The position numbers and the translations under genes were made by a program. A stretch of DNA of 64,000 bases from Candidatus Harrisonbacteria bacterium (lineage in GTDB: Bacteria; Patescibacteriota; Minisyncoccia; UBA6257; 02-FULL-45-10c), in NCBI GenBank assembly GCA_016192685.1, contig JACPTS010000001.1:225710-289709 (forward strand). The letters run 5' to 3'. Below are positions 55,282-64,000 of the stretch, piece by piece (within the stretch, counting starts at the first letter, position 1; the number at the start of each line of letters is the position of its first letter). Under the pieces are notes generated by a model. That model saw only the letters and a program-made list of their open reading frames with translations, had not been told where the DNA came from and did not search any database.

Positions 55282-55356
55282 ATTAATGAAAACTCCACGG
55301 ACTTAAATCCGTGGAGTTTTCATTTTATCGCGTTAAGAATTATTATTGAAATTAGA

Positions 55357-57870
55357 ATGACTAAACGCCGCAAACGTCTCAATTTATTTACTCTCTTAAT
55401 TCTTTCGGCCTTAGGGTTAATTGCCCTGGGATTAACCGCCCTTGCCGTTATCCTGAAAGACCTTCCCAACCCGGAACAATTCGCCAGCCGGCAGATTATC
55501 CAATCCACTAAAATTTTTGACCGGACCGGCCAAGTTTTGCTTTATGAAATTCACGGCGAAGAAAAAAGGACGGCTATAGCTTTTGAAGAAATTCCTGATT
55601 ATGTAAAATGGGCCACTATTGCCATTGAAGAAAATAATTTCTACAGCAACCCGGCCTTTGACCTAAAGGGCATTGTCCGCGCTTTTCTGGCCAATATTCT
55701 TAGCGGCGAATTTTCCCAAGGAGGCTCTACCATCACCCAACAGCTGGCCAGAAACGCTTTTTTAACCCCGGAAAAAACTATTATCAGAAAAATTAAAGAG
55801 TTGATTGTCGCCCTGGAATTGGAAAAACAATATTCCAAAAATGAAGTTTTAAATCTTTATCTGAATCAAATTCCTTACGGCGGCAATGCTTACGGCATTG
55901 AAGCCGCCGCCCAGACCTTTTTCAATAAACACGCTAAAAATTTGAATTTGGCCGAATCGGCATTGCTCGCCAGCCTTCCCAGGGCAACCAGTTATTATTC
56001 TCCCTGGGGCAAACACCTGGACGAATTAATGAAAAGAAAAAATTTGGCCTTGGAAAAAATGTCTGAATTGAAATACATTACCGAAAAAGAAAAAGAGGCC
56101 GCGAAAAAATTTCCCCTAGAATTCGCTTCGCAAGTAATTGGTATTAAAGCTCCTCATTTTGTTTTGGGGGTCCAGGATTACCTTAACCAAAAATACGGCG
56201 AAGATTTTATCCGAACTGCCGGCCTTAATGTAATAACCACTTTAGATTGGAATCTTCAGCAGCTGGCGGAAAAAACGGTTAAAGCGGGCGCCGATCGCAA
56301 CACCGAGCTTTACGAAGGCCATAACGCCGCCCTGGTGGCTCAACACGCTACTAGCGGCCAAATTGTCGCTTTAGTCGGCTCTAAAGATTACTTCGGCGAT
56401 CCGGAGCCGGAAAATTGCGCTCCGGGCAAAGATTGCCATTTTGAGGGTAATTTTAACGTAGCAACTCAAGGGCTTCGCCAGCCGGGCTCGGCCATGAAAC
56501 CGCTTACCTATGTTACTGCCTTTCAGAAAGGCTATTCGCCGGACACGGTTGTTTTTGACCTGCCAACCGAATTTGCCGCTAATAATCCCGACTGCCCGCT
56601 GGAAGTGGAATTTAAAAAAGAAGAAACTTCAAAACCTGACGAGAATCAATGTTTTCATCCGGAAAATTTTGACGGCAAATTCCGCGGCCCGGTAAAACTT
56701 AGAACCGCCCTGGCCCAATCAATCAACGTCCCCGCTTCCAAAGTCCTTTATTTGGCGGGAATTGATAATACTTTAAAAACAGCGGCGGCTTTCGGCATTA
56801 CTACCCTGACGGAGCGCAGCCGCTATGGCCTTTCCCTGGTGCTTGGCGGCGGAGAAATAACCTTGAAAGAATTGGTTGGCGCCTATTCTGTTTTTGCCCA
56901 GGAAGGAAAATGGCATCCTCAAACCTTAATCCTAAAAATTACCGATTCTAACGGCCAGCTGGTGGAAGAATACAAAGAACAATCTAAAGAAATTATCGCT
57001 CCTCAATATCCAAGGCTAATTAATGACATTTTAACCGACCTTGAAGAGCGGGCCGGTCTTTTCAGCTCCAGTTTGTCCCTTACTATTTTCCCCGGCCACC
57101 AGGTAGCGCTAAAAACCGGAACAACTAATGATTACCGGGACGCCTGGGCAATCGGCTACACTCCGGATCTGGTGGTCGGCGTTTGGGCCGGAAACAACGA
57201 TAATATCCCGATGCAGCAGCGCGGCTCCAGCATTTTAGCGGCCGTGCCGATTTGGAGCGCTTTTTTAAAAGAAGCTCTGGCTAATAAACCTTTAGTTTCC
57301 TTTAATAAGCCGGAGCCGGTTCTTAATCAAAAAGCCGCGCTTAGAGGGGAATATATCACTAATTATAAAGTCGGTGATAAAATTTTCCCCCATCTCCACG
57401 AAATTTTATATTACGTTAATAAAAATGACCCCTTGGGGCCGGCTCCGGCTGATCCCGGCAAAGATCCGCAATTTGAAAATTGGGAGGTTCCGGTACTTCG
57501 CTGGGCAGAAAAAAATATTCCTAATTTTCTTTCTAACTATAATCAGCCTGTTCCGGATTCCGCCAAAACCGAATCGGAAATCAATAGCTTAAAATCCGGA
57601 CTGGATTTGCTTTCCCCAAAAAATGGCGATTTTATCAAAAATCCGGAAATTGCCGTTTCGGCAAAATTAGAATCCCAATTTGAAATAAAAGATGTTCAGC
57701 TGTTTTTTAATAATGAATTGGCGGATCGGCGGTCGGGGAATTTCGGGCAATTATTTAATTACCAATTTAGTTTAATTCCAAAAAAGCTGGAACTGCAGAA
57801 CTCCCTTAGAATAAAATTTACCGATTCGTTCAATAACGAAATTGTAAAAGAAATTATTTTGTTTAAATAA
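55357..57870 (+). CDS. Class A penicillin-binding protein (transglycosylase/transpeptidase)
   Basis: GGSTITQQLARN, RKIKE, YLNQIPYG, RQPGSAMKP, SIN, KTGT. Confidence 0.94.
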   Translation: MTKRRKRLNLFTLLILSALGLIALGLTALAVILKDLPNPEQFASRQIIQSTKIFDRTGQVLLYEIHGEEKRTAIAFEEIPDYVKWATIAIEENNFYSNPAFDLKGIVRAFLANILSGEFSQGGSTITQQLARNAFLTPEKTIIRKIKELIVALELEKQYSKNEVLNLYLNQIPYGGNAYGIEAAAQTFFNKHAKNLNLAESALLASLPRATSYYSPWGKHLDELMKRKNLALEKMSELKYITEKEKEAAKKFPLEFASQVIGIKAPHFVLGVQDYLNQKYGEDFIRTAGLNVITTLDWNLQQLAEKTVKAGADRNTELYEGHNAALVAQHATSGQIVALVGSKDYFGDPEPENCAPGKDCHFEGNFNVATQGLRQPGSAMKPLTYVTAFQKGYSPDTVVFDLPTEFAANNPDCPLEVEFKKEETSKPDENQCFHPENFDGKFRGPVKLRTALAQSINVPASKVLYLAGIDNTLKTAAAFGITTLTERSRYGLSLVLGGGEITLKELVGAYSVFAQEGKWHPQTLILKITDSNGQLVEEYKEQSKEIIAPQYPRLINDILTDLEERAGLFSSSLSLTIFPGHQVALKTGTTNDYRDAWAIGYTPDLVVGVWAGNNDNIPMQQRGSSILAAVPIWSAFLKEALANKPLVSFNKPEPVLNQKAALRGEYITNYKVGDKIFPHLHEILYYVNKNDPLGPAPADPGKDPQFENWEVPVLRWAEKNIPNFLSNYNQPVPDSAKTESEINSLKSGLDLLSPKNGDFIKNPEIAVSAKLESQFEIKDVQLFFNNELADRRSGNFGQLFNYQFSLIPKKLELQNSLRIKFTDSFNNEIVKEIILFK

Positions 57871-57885
57871 ACGCCCGCTAATGTC

Positions 57886-58995
57886 TTACGATCCTTTAAT
57901 CGGCATTAGAATATAAAAATAACTAGGGTCGTTGGGGTTCTTTAAAACCGCCGGCCGAACGTCACCGTTGATTCCTAAAACGATTTCCTTGGCTTCCAAA
58001 TTCTTTAAGCCGTCCATCAGATATCGCCAATTAAAAGCGACTTCAAAGCCCGGCCCTTTTGATTTTACCGGAACCAGATAACGATTTTCTCCCAGATATT
58101 GGTTGGAAGAATAAACCTCCAAAGATTTTTTCCCTTCTTTTAAAACTCCCTTGATGTCATTTGTCTTATTGCTGAAAGTACTGACTAATTTTACGGCGCT
58201 GATTAAATGCTCCCGCTCTAAAATAATTTCCGTTTCCATTAATTTAGGAATAATTTGTTCATAATCCGGATAATTGCCGCTGATCAAGCGCGAGATAACT
58301 TCCAGTTCCTCATTTTTAAAAAGAACTTGATTGGCGTCATTAAAGACGCTAATGGTTTCACCATTCATTATCCTTAAAATTTCTTGGGCGGTTTTTAGGG
58401 GCAGAATAATCTTAAACCCTTTGGAAAAATTGCTTTTAAAATCTCTTTCGGTAATTGTTTTTTCCGCCAGCCGAAAACTATCGGTTCCGACTAATTTTAA
58501 ATTAGTCATCTGGAAATCTAATAATACTCCTCCGATTTCCGGCCTAATTTCTGACAATTGGATGCTGTTAATTACTTTTAAAAGGCTGGATTTTAAAATT
58601 TCCGAAGATAGCTGCAAATAATTATCAGTATTTTCTAATTTAGGAATAATTGGAAATTCTTCTTCCGGGAGCCCTTGAATTTTTGCTTCATAATTATCGG
58701 TTTTAAAAGTTAAAACATTGTTTTCCGACTCTAAATTAATTTTTTCATTATTAATATTATTAGTAATAGTTAAAAGCGTGTTTAAAGGGACGGTAAGGCT
58801 GCCTTCCTCTATTATTTTTCCGAAAATAAACTTGGTGATGGCTAATTCTAAATTAGTAGCCGATAGCTGAATTTTATTATTAAAGGTCTTTATTAAGACG
58901 TTTTTTAATATCGGAAGATTGCTATTTTCAGAAGAAGCCCTTTCCACGGCATTTAAGCCGTCTTTTAAATTATTTTTTAATACAACTAATTTCAT
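57886..58995 (-). CDS. dnaN: DNA polymerase III beta clamp
   Basis: LPILKNVLI, ATNLE, GTDSFRLAE, GNYPDY, YILMPI; downstream of dnaA. Confidence 0.96.
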   Translation of the reverse strand: MKLVVLKNNLKDGLNAVERASSENSNLPILKNVLIKTFNNKIQLSATNLELAITKFIFGKIIEEGSLTVPLNTLLTITNNINNEKINLESENNVLTFKTDNYEAKIQGLPEEEFPIIPKLENTDNYLQLSSEILKSSLLKVINSIQLSEIRPEIGGVLLDFQMTNLKLVGTDSFRLAEKTITERDFKSNFSKGFKIILPLKTAQEILRIMNGETISVFNDANQVLFKNEELEVISRLISGNYPDYEQIIPKLMETEIILEREHLISAVKLVSTFSNKTNDIKGVLKEGKKSLEVYSSNQYLGENRYLVPVKSKGPGFEVAFNWRYLMDGLKNLEAKEIVLGINGDVRPAVLKNPNDPSYFYILMPIKGS

Positions 58996-59186
58996 TTTAA
59001 GTATTTATTATTTTTAGTAGCAGTTATAGTACCTGTTAATTCTGTGGAAAAGCGGATTTTAAAATCAATTTAGAAGAAGCCGCGAAGAATAAGCTAGGAA
59101 TTTTATGGGTAATATCTGTTGATAAATATTAATAATTTATTTGTCCAGATTTTTTATTAACCGACTTAAGACAAATAACTAACAAC
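58996..59186. other. Putative oriC part (dnaA-dnaN intergenic)
   Basis: DnaA-box-like tgtggaaaa (59043-59051) and tgttgataa (59117-59125) in AT-rich sequence. Confidence 0.55.
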
Positions 59187-60539
59187 TTATTCTTTATAAA
59201 CCAAATCTTTAATGGCGATAACTTTTTGATTTAAATCTTGATTGCGATTAATTTCTTCTGAAAGCTTGGTAAAAGCATAGATAGCCGTAGTGTGGTCTCT
59301 TTTCCCTAATTTTTGGCCGATATCCGGGTAAGAAAGCCCAAGAATTTCTCTTAATAAATACATGGCGATTTGCCGCGGCCCCACGATGCTTTTTTGGCGG
59401 CAGCGGCCGACTAAATCATTTGGAGAGACTTGAAAATAATCAGCGACCGCTTTTATTACCTGGTTAGGATTAATGTTTTTGGTCGGCTGCTGGATAGTTT
59501 CTTCCACTATTTCCTCAACAACTTTTAAAGTAATGTTATTTCTGGCGTGTTTATGGAAGATGGCCTGGTTTAACACCCCCTCTAATTCCCGAAGATTTTT
59601 TTGGATTTTATTGGCTATCAGCTCCAAAATATTTTCCGGCAATTCCTCCCCCCTTTCCTGAAGTTTGGTTTTTAATATGGCTAACCGGAGTTCATAATCC
59701 GGATAGCCGACGTCGGCCTTCATCCCCCCTTCAAATCTGGATTGCAGCCTTTCGTGCAGAGTGGGAAGAAATTTCGGCGGCCGATCCGAAGAAATGATTA
59801 TCTGTTTGTTATTTTCATATAAAGTATTGAAAGTATGGAAAAATTCTTCTTCGGTGGCTTCTTTTCCGCTGATAAACTGGATATCGTCAATAATTAAAAC
59901 ATCCACATTGCGGTATTTTTCTTTCATGTCTTCCATCCGTTTGTTCCGAATGCCGGCAATTACATCATTAGTGAATTTTTCCGAAGGAACATATTTTACC
60001 CTTACGTTATTTTGATATTTATTTTTTATTTCATTGCCGATTCCCTGGATGAGGTGGGTTTTTCCGAGGCCGACGCCGCCATAAATGAAAAGCGGATTAT
60101 ATTTTCTGCCGATTTCTTCCACTACCGCGGCAGCGGCGGCATAAGCGAGCTCGTTGCTTTTTCCGACAATAAAGGAATTTAAGATATAACGCGGATTTAA
60201 GTTCGTTTCCGGGTCAACCTTTAATTCCTCAAAAATTAGTTGAGTGGCTTTTGGGTCCGGACGGCCTTTCCGGGATGAATTTAGCTGAACCGGGCGGTTG
60301 TTGACGGTAAATTGGATTTTTTTGGTGGAATCGTCTAAATTTCTAAGGGCGCTTAAAATTATTTTTTGATATTTGTTTTCTACCCACTCTTTGGCAAAGT
60401 TGTTTGGCAAACTAACTAAGGCAATGCCTTCTTGCTTATCAACCAATTTGCTGTGTTTTAGCCAGGTTAGATAATTTGGCCTGGAAATTTGAAGTTCAAT
60501 TTCTCCAAGAGCCGTTTGCCAAAGTTGTTCAAAGTCCAT
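59187..60539 (-). CDS. dnaA: Chromosomal replication initiator DnaA
   Basis: YNPLFIYGGVGLGKTHL, IDDIQF, EEFFHTFN, RELEG, RDHTT. Confidence 0.97.
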   Translation of the reverse strand: MDFEQLWQTALGEIELQISRPNYLTWLKHSKLVDKQEGIALVSLPNNFAKEWVENKYQKIILSALRNLDDSTKKIQFTVNNRPVQLNSSRKGRPDPKATQLIFEELKVDPETNLNPRYILNSFIVGKSNELAYAAAAAVVEEIGRKYNPLFIYGGVGLGKTHLIQGIGNEIKNKYQNNVRVKYVPSEKFTNDVIAGIRNKRMEDMKEKYRNVDVLIIDDIQFISGKEATEEEFFHTFNTLYENNKQIIISSDRPPKFLPTLHERLQSRFEGGMKADVGYPDYELRLAILKTKLQERGEELPENILELIANKIQKNLRELEGVLNQAIFHKHARNNITLKVVEEIVEETIQQPTKNINPNQVIKAVADYFQVSPNDLVGRCRQKSIVGPRQIAMYLLREILGLSYPDIGQKLGKRDHTTAIYAFTKLSEEINRNQDLNQKVIAIKDLVYKE

Positions 60540-60834
60540 AAGGGAAAATTTCTAAATTTTGCGAACGTTATTTATAATTTTAGTTTGGCGCTTGAATTAG
60601 TCAAATACCAAAAATTGAATATGTTGTGTATTATTTGTGGAAAACATTTTTAAGGACAACAAAAATTCTTTTAGATATAGTATGCGCTAAAAGCCAATAA
60701 GTTGTCTATACCTATTTGCATTTTTTTATGAAAATTGTTGAAATACTGGGTAATTTAAAAATTTTTTATAAAAATAGCAAGTAAAACTTATGTTTCTATT
60801 GCGTTATTTTTTTAAGTAATATAGTATAAATACT
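60540..60834. other. Putative oriC part / divergent promoters (dnaA-rpmH intergenic)
   Basis: AT-rich 295 bp with DnaA-box-like tgtggaaaa at 60636-60644. Confidence 0.45.
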
Positions 60835-60969
60835 ATGTCCCAAACTTATCAGCCCAAAAAGCGAAAAAGGGCAAGAACTCACGGTTTTTTGGTTAGAAGC
60901 CGGACTCCGGGCGGCCGGAGGGTGCTGGCTGAACGGCGCCGGAAAGGAAGGCACAAACTTAGTGTTTAA
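60835..60969 (+). CDS. rpmH: 50S ribosomal protein L34
   Basis: [44 protein letters not shown]; below ORF-track cutoff. Confidence 0.95.
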   Translation: MSQTYQPKKRKRARTHGFLVRSRTPGGRRVLAERRRKGRHKLSV

Positions 60970-60994
60970 GCGATTAGCGGCCAGTCGCTAGTTT

Positions 60995-61312
60995 ATGTTA
61001 GCTAAAAAATATCGCCTACCGATTCAATCGGTTATTGGGAAAAATGCCCGGGTTGTCAAAACCCCGTTTTTTTTATTTAAGATTTTTCCAAGCCGATTTT
61101 CTTATTCCAGGTTTGGAATTATAATAAGTAAGAAAGTTGCCCAAAAATCTACCGCCAGAAATAAAATTAAAAGAATGATTTTTTCCGCGCTAAACCCAAA
61201 CCAGCAGCCAATTAACGATTTTTTAATTATTGCCAGTCCAAAAATTAAAAATTTAACAAAGGAAGAAATAATTAAGCATGTTTCAAACTATTTTCAATAC
61301 CCCGCTTTTTAA
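60995..61312 (+). CDS. rnpA: Ribonuclease P protein component
   Basis: MLAKKYRL, SRFGIIISKKV, RNKIKR; synteny with rpmH and yidC. Confidence 0.88.
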   Translation: MLAKKYRLPIQSVIGKNARVVKTPFFLFKIFPSRFSYSRFGIIISKKVAQKSTARNKIKRMIFSALNPNQQPINDFLIIASPKIKNLTKEEIIKHVSNYFQYPAF

Positions 61313-61994
61313 CGCCTTAATTTTTATTTATAATACCATTGCTTTTCAAGACCTGGGTTTGGCAATAATTTTTTTAACTTTTCTTATAAGAATTATTTTT
61401 CTCCCGCTTTTTTATAAAAGCGCCAAAAATCAGATTTTAATTCAGCGCTTGCAGCCGGAATTGAATAAGATTCAGCATGACCACAAGGATAATCGGGAAA
61501 AGCAGGCTCAAGCGATGATGGATCTTTATAAGAAGCATAATGTTAACCCATTTTCTGGATTTTTAATGCTTTTAATCCAGCTGCCGGTTTTAATTGCCAT
61601 TTATCGGGTATTTCTGGAAGGCTTTCGTCCCGAAGCCCTGGGACAATTATATTCGTTTATTGCCAAACCAACGGAATTGCACACTTCTTTGTTTGGCTTG
61701 CTTGATTTGGGAAAACCGAGTATTCTTATGGTTAGTTTAGCGGCGGCCGCCCAATATTGGCAGGGCCGCTTGGCTCTTCCCAAAATCGGAGGAAAAAAAG
61801 ATCTCTCCCAGCCGGAAAAAATTGCCAAGCAGATGGTTTATCTGGGCCCGGTTTTAACTATCGTTATTTTAGTTAACTTGCCGGCTGCTATTGGGCTTTA
61901 TTGGTTAATTACTTCGGTTTTCTCGGTAGTTCAGCAAATTTATATTAATAAAACTCTCAATATTGAGGGCGAAAAGAAAGAGCATAAAATATAA
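61278..61994 (+). CDS. yidC: Membrane protein insertase YidC (short form)
   Basis: GLAIIFLT..IR, LQPEL, MDLYKKHNVNP, LIQLP, LPAAIGLYW. Confidence 0.93.
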   Translation: MFQTIFNTPLFNALIFIYNTIAFQDLGLAIIFLTFLIRIIFLPLFYKSAKNQILIQRLQPELNKIQHDHKDNREKQAQAMMDLYKKHNVNPFSGFLMLLIQLPVLIAIYRVFLEGFRPEALGQLYSFIAKPTELHTSLFGLLDLGKPSILMVSLAAAAQYWQGRLALPKIGGKKDLSQPEKIAKQMVYLGPVLTIVILVNLPAAIGLYWLITSVFSVVQQIYINKTLNIEGEKKEHKI

Positions 61995-62419
61995 TGGACC
62001 AATTAAAACAAACAATTGAACAAATACTTAATGCCAGCGGCCTGAATTTTTCTTTGGACGCGGATTCCGAAACTAATCGCATTAATATTTTTATTCACGA
62101 GGAAGGCTTGGTAAACGAGTTTTTGCCCAAGCTGGTTTTTGATTTGGAGCATCTGGTAAAAATTATCGCTAAAAGGCTGGGAATAGAAAAAATCAATGTT
62201 GATGTTAATAATTATAAAAAGGAAAGAGAGCGGTTGATTGCGGAATTAGCCAAAGCCGCCGCCCGAAAAGTTTTAGCGGAAAAAAAAGACGTGGAATTGC
62301 CGGTAATGAATGCTTACGAGCGCCGGATTGTCCATGTGGAACTGGCCACCCGGCCGGACGTAAAAACCGAAAGCGTCGGAGAAGGGCCAAGCCGGCACAT
62401 CATTGTAAAACCTCTTTGA
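61994..62419 (+). CDS. Jag/KhpB-like R3H RNA-binding protein
   Basis: VDVNNYK, PVMNAYERRIVH, TESVGEG; follows yidC. Confidence 0.85.
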   Translation: MDQLKQTIEQILNASGLNFSLDADSETNRINIFIHEEGLVNEFLPKLVFDLEHLVKIIAKRLGIEKINVDVNNYKKERERLIAELAKAAARKVLAEKKDVELPVMNAYERRIVHVELATRPDVKTESVGEGPSRHIIVKPL

Positions 62420-62422
62420 ATT

Positions 62423-63508
62423 TTAAAGCGTGAGTTGATACAGCTTTTCATCCAACCGATTTTTAAAAAGCAATCTATCGCCATCCAGCTCTAAATGTTC
62501 CGCGTCTATCGGCGAATCCGGGCTAAAAATGGTGGAAACGCCGCCGGTATTAAGGTCAATTAAATAAAAATTGTCTTCAAAATAAACCGCTTTTTTATAG
62601 TAGTCTTCCGGCAGATTTACTCGCTCCGGAAGATTTTTTGGAACCGCGCAGTAAATTTTCTTTTCCCGAATCAGGCATTTGGACGGCAGAGTGACGAAAG
62701 TCAGTTCGGCAAGGGTTTGGCCGTTTTCGTCTATTAGCCCAAGAAGGGGCGCGCGGTTAACGCTTTTTAGGCGAATACCAAATTTTCCGTCTAGAGACCA
62801 TTTGACCGCCAGCCCTACTTCACTAAGAAGAGGCGTTATAGTTTTATTGGCGGGGTTAATGCTCCAGATTTGACTTTCCAGTTCTGAAGAAAGCAGTCCG
62901 TTAGTCAGCAAAATTTTGGAATCCGGACGCCAGTAAAGTTCGGCCTCTTTTTGAGTTAATTTAAGAACCTCGGCAGTTTTTTGATTTACCAGATTTAAAA
63001 TTTTCAAAGCTTTATTATCAAGATAGGCAATTTCCGAAGCGGTCGGAGACCAGGCGGCGGCAAGGGTTCCGGCTGGCAAGGGATGCCAGGCGTTGGCAAC
63101 CGTGTCAAAAATGCTGAAAGTCGGAAAATCCGGGTAACTGAATTTCGCAGTTGCTGAAGTTCCGTCCGGGGAAGCGGTCAGTTGATTTAATCGGTTCAGG
63201 GTTTGAGAATTTACCAATTCTTCCTGTCCGCCGGAAACTCTTATTATTTGCCCGACCGGAGTCAGATAATAGATATTTCCGGTTTTGGAATTAATCCAGT
63301 AATCAAAAATCGGATCTTGGGTTAGGGCTTGTAATTTTTCTCCGGCGATTGGTTGAACCCCAGTTTTTTCGCCGGTTTTAAAAGTCCCGGGAAAAATTCC
63401 GCCAAGAAAATCCTGCGCCACCGGACTTTTTTTGAAAAAATAATAAAGGCCAAAACCGATAGCGATTAAAATTAAAATGGTAACAATAATTTTTAAATAT
63501 TTTTTCAT
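62423..63508 (-). CDS. Hypothetical membrane-anchored protein (possible beta-propeller)
   Basis: N-terminal TM helix, WSP/SPDG-type repeats; ATG 63508 overlaps the upstream stop. Confidence 0.65.
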   Translation of the reverse strand: MKKYLKIIVTILILIAIGFGLYYFFKKSPVAQDFLGGIFPGTFKTGEKTGVQPIAGEKLQALTQDPIFDYWINSKTGNIYYLTPVGQIIRVSGGQEELVNSQTLNRLNQLTASPDGTSATAKFSYPDFPTFSIFDTVANAWHPLPAGTLAAAWSPTASEIAYLDNKALKILNLVNQKTAEVLKLTQKEAELYWRPDSKILLTNGLLSSELESQIWSINPANKTITPLLSEVGLAVKWSLDGKFGIRLKSVNRAPLLGLIDENGQTLAELTFVTLPSKCLIREKKIYCAVPKNLPERVNLPEDYYKKAVYFEDNFYLIDLNTGGVSTIFSPDSPIDAEHLELDGDRLLFKNRLDEKLYQLTL

Positions 63509-64000
63509 TTTTTTATGCACTTACTGCCAGTTTGTTCGTAGCCAGGATCGCAAACGCATTTGGAAAATAATCCGCTGGCGCCGGAAGCATTGGCAACGCA
63601 TTTTAAGCATTGGGGTCCGGTTCTTTTTTCTCCGCTGGAGCCTAAAATTTCCCCGGCTTTTTTACTTACCGCCTGACCGACTTCGCCCACTTCTTTTCCG
63701 GTTTTGGCTTGTCCGGAAATGTTTAAGTTGACGCCGGCATCCAGCGCCGCGGCACAGAGCGGGTCGCCTTCTCCTCCGCCGCCAATTAAATCTTGTTTTT
63801 GGCCGCCTTCTTCTTCCGGAGGCGTTAAGACCGATAAGTCCAGAACCGGCGCATTGGGGTTTCTTAAAAACGTTAAACTTGGATTAATAGTATAAAGAAT
63901 TATAAAAGCGCCGAGCAATAATACTAATCCTAAAACTGCTTGAGTAATTTGATCTTTAGCGTCCTGTTGGCTGCCGACATTTCCGGCGGAAAGAATGTAT
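63505..64000 (-). CDS. Pilin-like membrane protein (3' part; runs off window end)
   Basis: SAGNVGSQQDAKDQITQAVLGLVLLLGAFIILYTINP followed by a Cys-rich tail, a pattern typical of CPR pilin-like proteins. Confidence 0.6.
   Translation of the reverse strand, partial: YILSAGNVGSQQDAKDQITQAVLGLVLLLGAFIILYTINPSLTFLRNPNAPVLDLSVLTPPEEEGGQKQDLIGGGGEGDPLCAAALDAGVNLNISGQAKTGKEVGEVGQAVSKKAGEILGSSGEKRTGPQCLKCVANASGASGLFSKCVCDPGYEQTGSKCIKK

Noticed and set aside
1-64000. Alternative genetic code (UGA recoding as in Gracilibacteria/Absconditabacteria)
   Set aside because: Conserved genes are full length under code 11, Trp is encoded by TGG, and TGA serves as a normal stop (for example argS and ruvA).

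Overview
This 64-kb window looks like the origin-proximal chromosome of a Candidate Phyla Radiation (Parcubacteria-like) bacterium using genetic code 11. The taxonomic call is an inference from gene content and style. Most of it is housekeeping: rny, gpmI, uvrC/uvrB, secG, rnj, trpS/ileS/argS, smpB-tmRNA, infC-rpmI-rplT, polX, murB/murE, ruvABC, holA, mutM, a split polA, tsaE, a pilB-like ATPase, PBP1A, dnaN-dnaA-oriC-rpmH-rnpA-yidC-jag and two tRNAs. The main accessory element is a complete diversity-generating retroelement (DGR) at about 23.8-26.4 kb, with RT, avd, a 123-bp template repeat (TR), a target gene whose variable repeat (VR) differs from TR at 19 positions (all TR adenines), and a downstream hairpin. 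Its avd is divergent from and overlaps the RT start, and is out of frame at a C8 homopolymer. One extra C would restore a 127-aa Avd, which suggests a slippage ON/OFF switch for mutagenic retrohoming. Other signals: (1) three copies of a perfect 40-46 bp palindrome, each just upstream of a start codon, two flanking a PaaX/Cas2-like gene inside the split polA locus; (2) two unannotated structured RNA candidates; (3) REP-like palindromes and heptamer tandem repeats inserted in frame in essential proteins; (4) several small ORFs missed by the ORF track. All calls come from motif recognition by eye; no database searches were run.
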